Shown here: positions 61,701 through 64,000 of the stretch, one piece after another
How the letters are laid out: the number at the start of each line of letters is the position of its first letter
How positions within the stretch are numbered: position 1 is the first letter of the stretch
Assembly: GCF_018350175.1 (NCBI RefSeq)
Contig: NC_058368.1
Coordinates: forward strand, 235,850,001-235,914,000
DNA: 64,000 nt
Direction: 5' to 3'
Source: Felis catus
Lineage: Eukaryota
Made by a program: the position numbers and the translations under genes
The notes under the pieces: generated by a model
What the model was told of the DNA's origin: nothing
Databases searched by the model: none
Seen by the model: the letters and a program-made list of their open reading frames with translations, nothing else

Positions 61701-63906
61701 GGTAACAGAAGTCCAGCTGAAATTGATAAATTGTCTGACCTCCAGGAGGTGCCAGTGGAGGGGCTCACCTAGACTGTCCTGGAGAATCGCCGGAGACGAG
61801 GCACTGGCCTCAGTGCAGAGAACGGAGAAGGTGGTGTGTGCGAGATAGGAGTGGACCCCAGGGCCAGGACACGTGGGCATCGAAGATGGACTTGGGAGCT
61901 AGGGATGAAGATAGGGAAAGGCAAGGTCAGGTCACGGAAGAGCGTATTGAGGGTGCTTCGGGGGGCAGGGAGAAGGCATAATGTTCTCCTGGATGATTCC
62001 ACTAAACGCAGCAAATTGTCTCAGGTGAGATTGCAAATGGTTGAAGGTTGCGAGGATCATCGTAGGTTCTCGCAGCTTCCAGACGCTGACTTTTCAGAAA
62101 GCCCAGTGACTATGATTCCCAGAGGCAGCTGCTTGACTCAGACAACCTGTTGGCCCCATTTCCAGGAGAAATGTTGCTTCAGGGATGTTACATCAGCCTC
62201 TCCCTGAACGAAGCCCACACATCAAAGGTAAGCCCCTCCATCCACTCCCCTTCATGCCAGCTCCGTCCAACTCAAGCCCCCTCCACCTCCAAGCCCACCT
62301 CCCCCCCGGTCCACTTCCTTCCCAGTCTACCCCCACCATGTCCCACAGCCAATGCAGAAAGAGGAGGAGAGCACATATAATGCATGTATGGGAAACACAA
62401 GTCACATTCAAGTCTAAAAAGATATGTGTGTATGCCATCTTGGGAAAAGGCCAAGGGATTACAGTTTTTAGAAGTCGGTGACGAAGCTTTAAGATCAATG
62501 CGAATTCTGCAGGCATACAATGCCAGGGTCAGACGAAACTAGTGATTTATTGCGGTCACCTAGAGAGGTTACAAGTTCACCTTAGCTTTTATAATTGTCG
62601 TGAATAGAAATAATTTATCAGGTCATATATAGGGTGACTAATGGGAATCATTTACCTTCTGGATGAATTGAGATCTGACTGTAGAGTGACGCCCGGGTAT
62701 CACAGGCTGACGGGGTATTCTTCCGGCATCCTTTTCTCATACCAAATGATCGCTGTCCCCCCCGAATATTGTGGGGAGCCTCAAACAGTGCGAGCTAACA
62801 AGTATGTGCTAAGCAACAGCTCGGACATCCTACTCTGTGGTGTGCCTTTTGCAAAAGTCCTTTTCTCCCTGCAAGCTTTGCTTTGTTCATAAGCATTTTA
62901 TGTAACAAACAAAAGCACTCACTGCAAAGCGAATGAATTAATAAACTCAATAGGTTTCTTATGTTGAGTTTAATCTGATTAGTGATTAAAACCTTCCAGA
63001 AATTAATCCTGAGATTCGCTGGATTATAAAAATGTTTAGTGGGGTAAAAGGGTGGATATCCATCTACCCAATCTTATGCAGTACATGACCCAAAAATGCC
63101 AGATTTAAGGGAATGATCCATCCGACTTTTGATGAGACATTAATGAGGCAATGTCTGGTTTTATTAAATATTATACATTATTCATAAACCATCCATTCTG
63201 GAAACTAAAATATAGACATTTTCATATTATAAGCATCAATACTACATGAGATTAGCCTGGGGGTCACCCAGAGGGACCTCAGGGACCAACACACTTCCCA
63301 GAACAATTTGTGAACAGTTGCTCTAAATGACACCCATTGGTGGATTTGGGATAGTCTCTCTTTCGGGGAAAATATCCATTTTTAAAAGTTTATTTTTTAC
63401 ACTATTTCTTTGTTCTTTGGGCCTATGAAATAGACTTTTTCCTATCATGAATATGTCAAATAAAAATGGTGATTTTAAGTTATCCAAAATAAACATGATT
63501 TTACTCAGAACCTTATCGTGAGGAGCTGTGCAAAATTACTTTGACATAAGAATAAACCTTATTCCTTCAACTCCCAATGAAAGTAAAATGCATTTCAGAT
63601 AGGACTTTATTTCTCGTATACCTTGAGAATGCCACACCCAAAATATAGTCACGACCCCATGAATGGAAAGACCATATAACACGACTCTAAAATATCGTAG
63701 GCATACTTTGAATGACAAAGACAGATTTAAGTGCTGTTATTCCTTGGTTAATTAAAACAAGTCATTTAGATGATTTTTATAACAGCCTATAAGGGAAAAG
63801 TAATATTTAAAAGAATATAACTACTTGAAGTTGAGCTACTCACTTAAGATATTTTTTTTGTACATAGTTTTCACATACGTTTTAAATAGAAAAAGAACTA
63901 TTTTAA

Positions 63907-64000
63907 GGGGCACGTGGCTGGCTCAGCTGGTTAAGCGTCCACCTTCAGCACAGGTCACGATCTCACGGTTCATGGGTTTGAGTCCTGGGTCAGGCTCTGT
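63907..64000 (+). mobile_element. CanSINE 5' part (runs off window)
   Basis: GGGGCACGTGGCTGGCTCAG...GGTTAAGCGTCC...CAGGTCACGATCTCACGGTTCATGGG. Confidence 0.95.

Noticed and set aside
61262..61705. 147-aa ORF
   Set aside because: Overlaps L2-like sequence; no protein-family features.
1..64000. CRISPR array, operon or other prokaryote-type system
   Set aside because: Sequence is mammalian; no regularly spaced repeat-spacer structure or gene-dense ORFs.

Overview
Mammalian, almost certainly felid (cat-family), non-coding genomic DNA. The assignment rests on multiple Felidae-type tRNA-derived CanSINEs (SINEC_Fc-like) and carnivore L1 3' ends. I find no supportable protein-coding exon, rRNA or functional tRNA gene. 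The ORF track is largely explained by microsatellites, SINEs and decayed L1/L2/MaLR sequence, and no remaining ORF resembles a protein I recognise. A large share of the window is interspersed repeat: about 17 SINEs (many with readable target-site duplications), several ancient L1M blocks with nested younger insertions (including a twin-primed, 5'-inverted L1), L2 and MIR relics, MaLR and ERVL LTRs, a decayed ERV-L pol fragment, and hAT MITEs. Between them lie long repeat-poor blocks rich in homeodomain/POU/MEIS/TCF motifs that look like conserved non-coding enhancers of a gene desert or very long intron. The best non-repeat leads are a textbook-looking recursive splice motif (polypyrimidine tract-AG|GTAAGT) at 40176-40210 and an octamer/MORE/octamer cluster just upstream of it. 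Repeat subfamily names are from recall of consensus sequences, not from a database search, and boundaries of old elements are approximate. I see no evidence for a novel multi-gene system, and I cannot name the locus.
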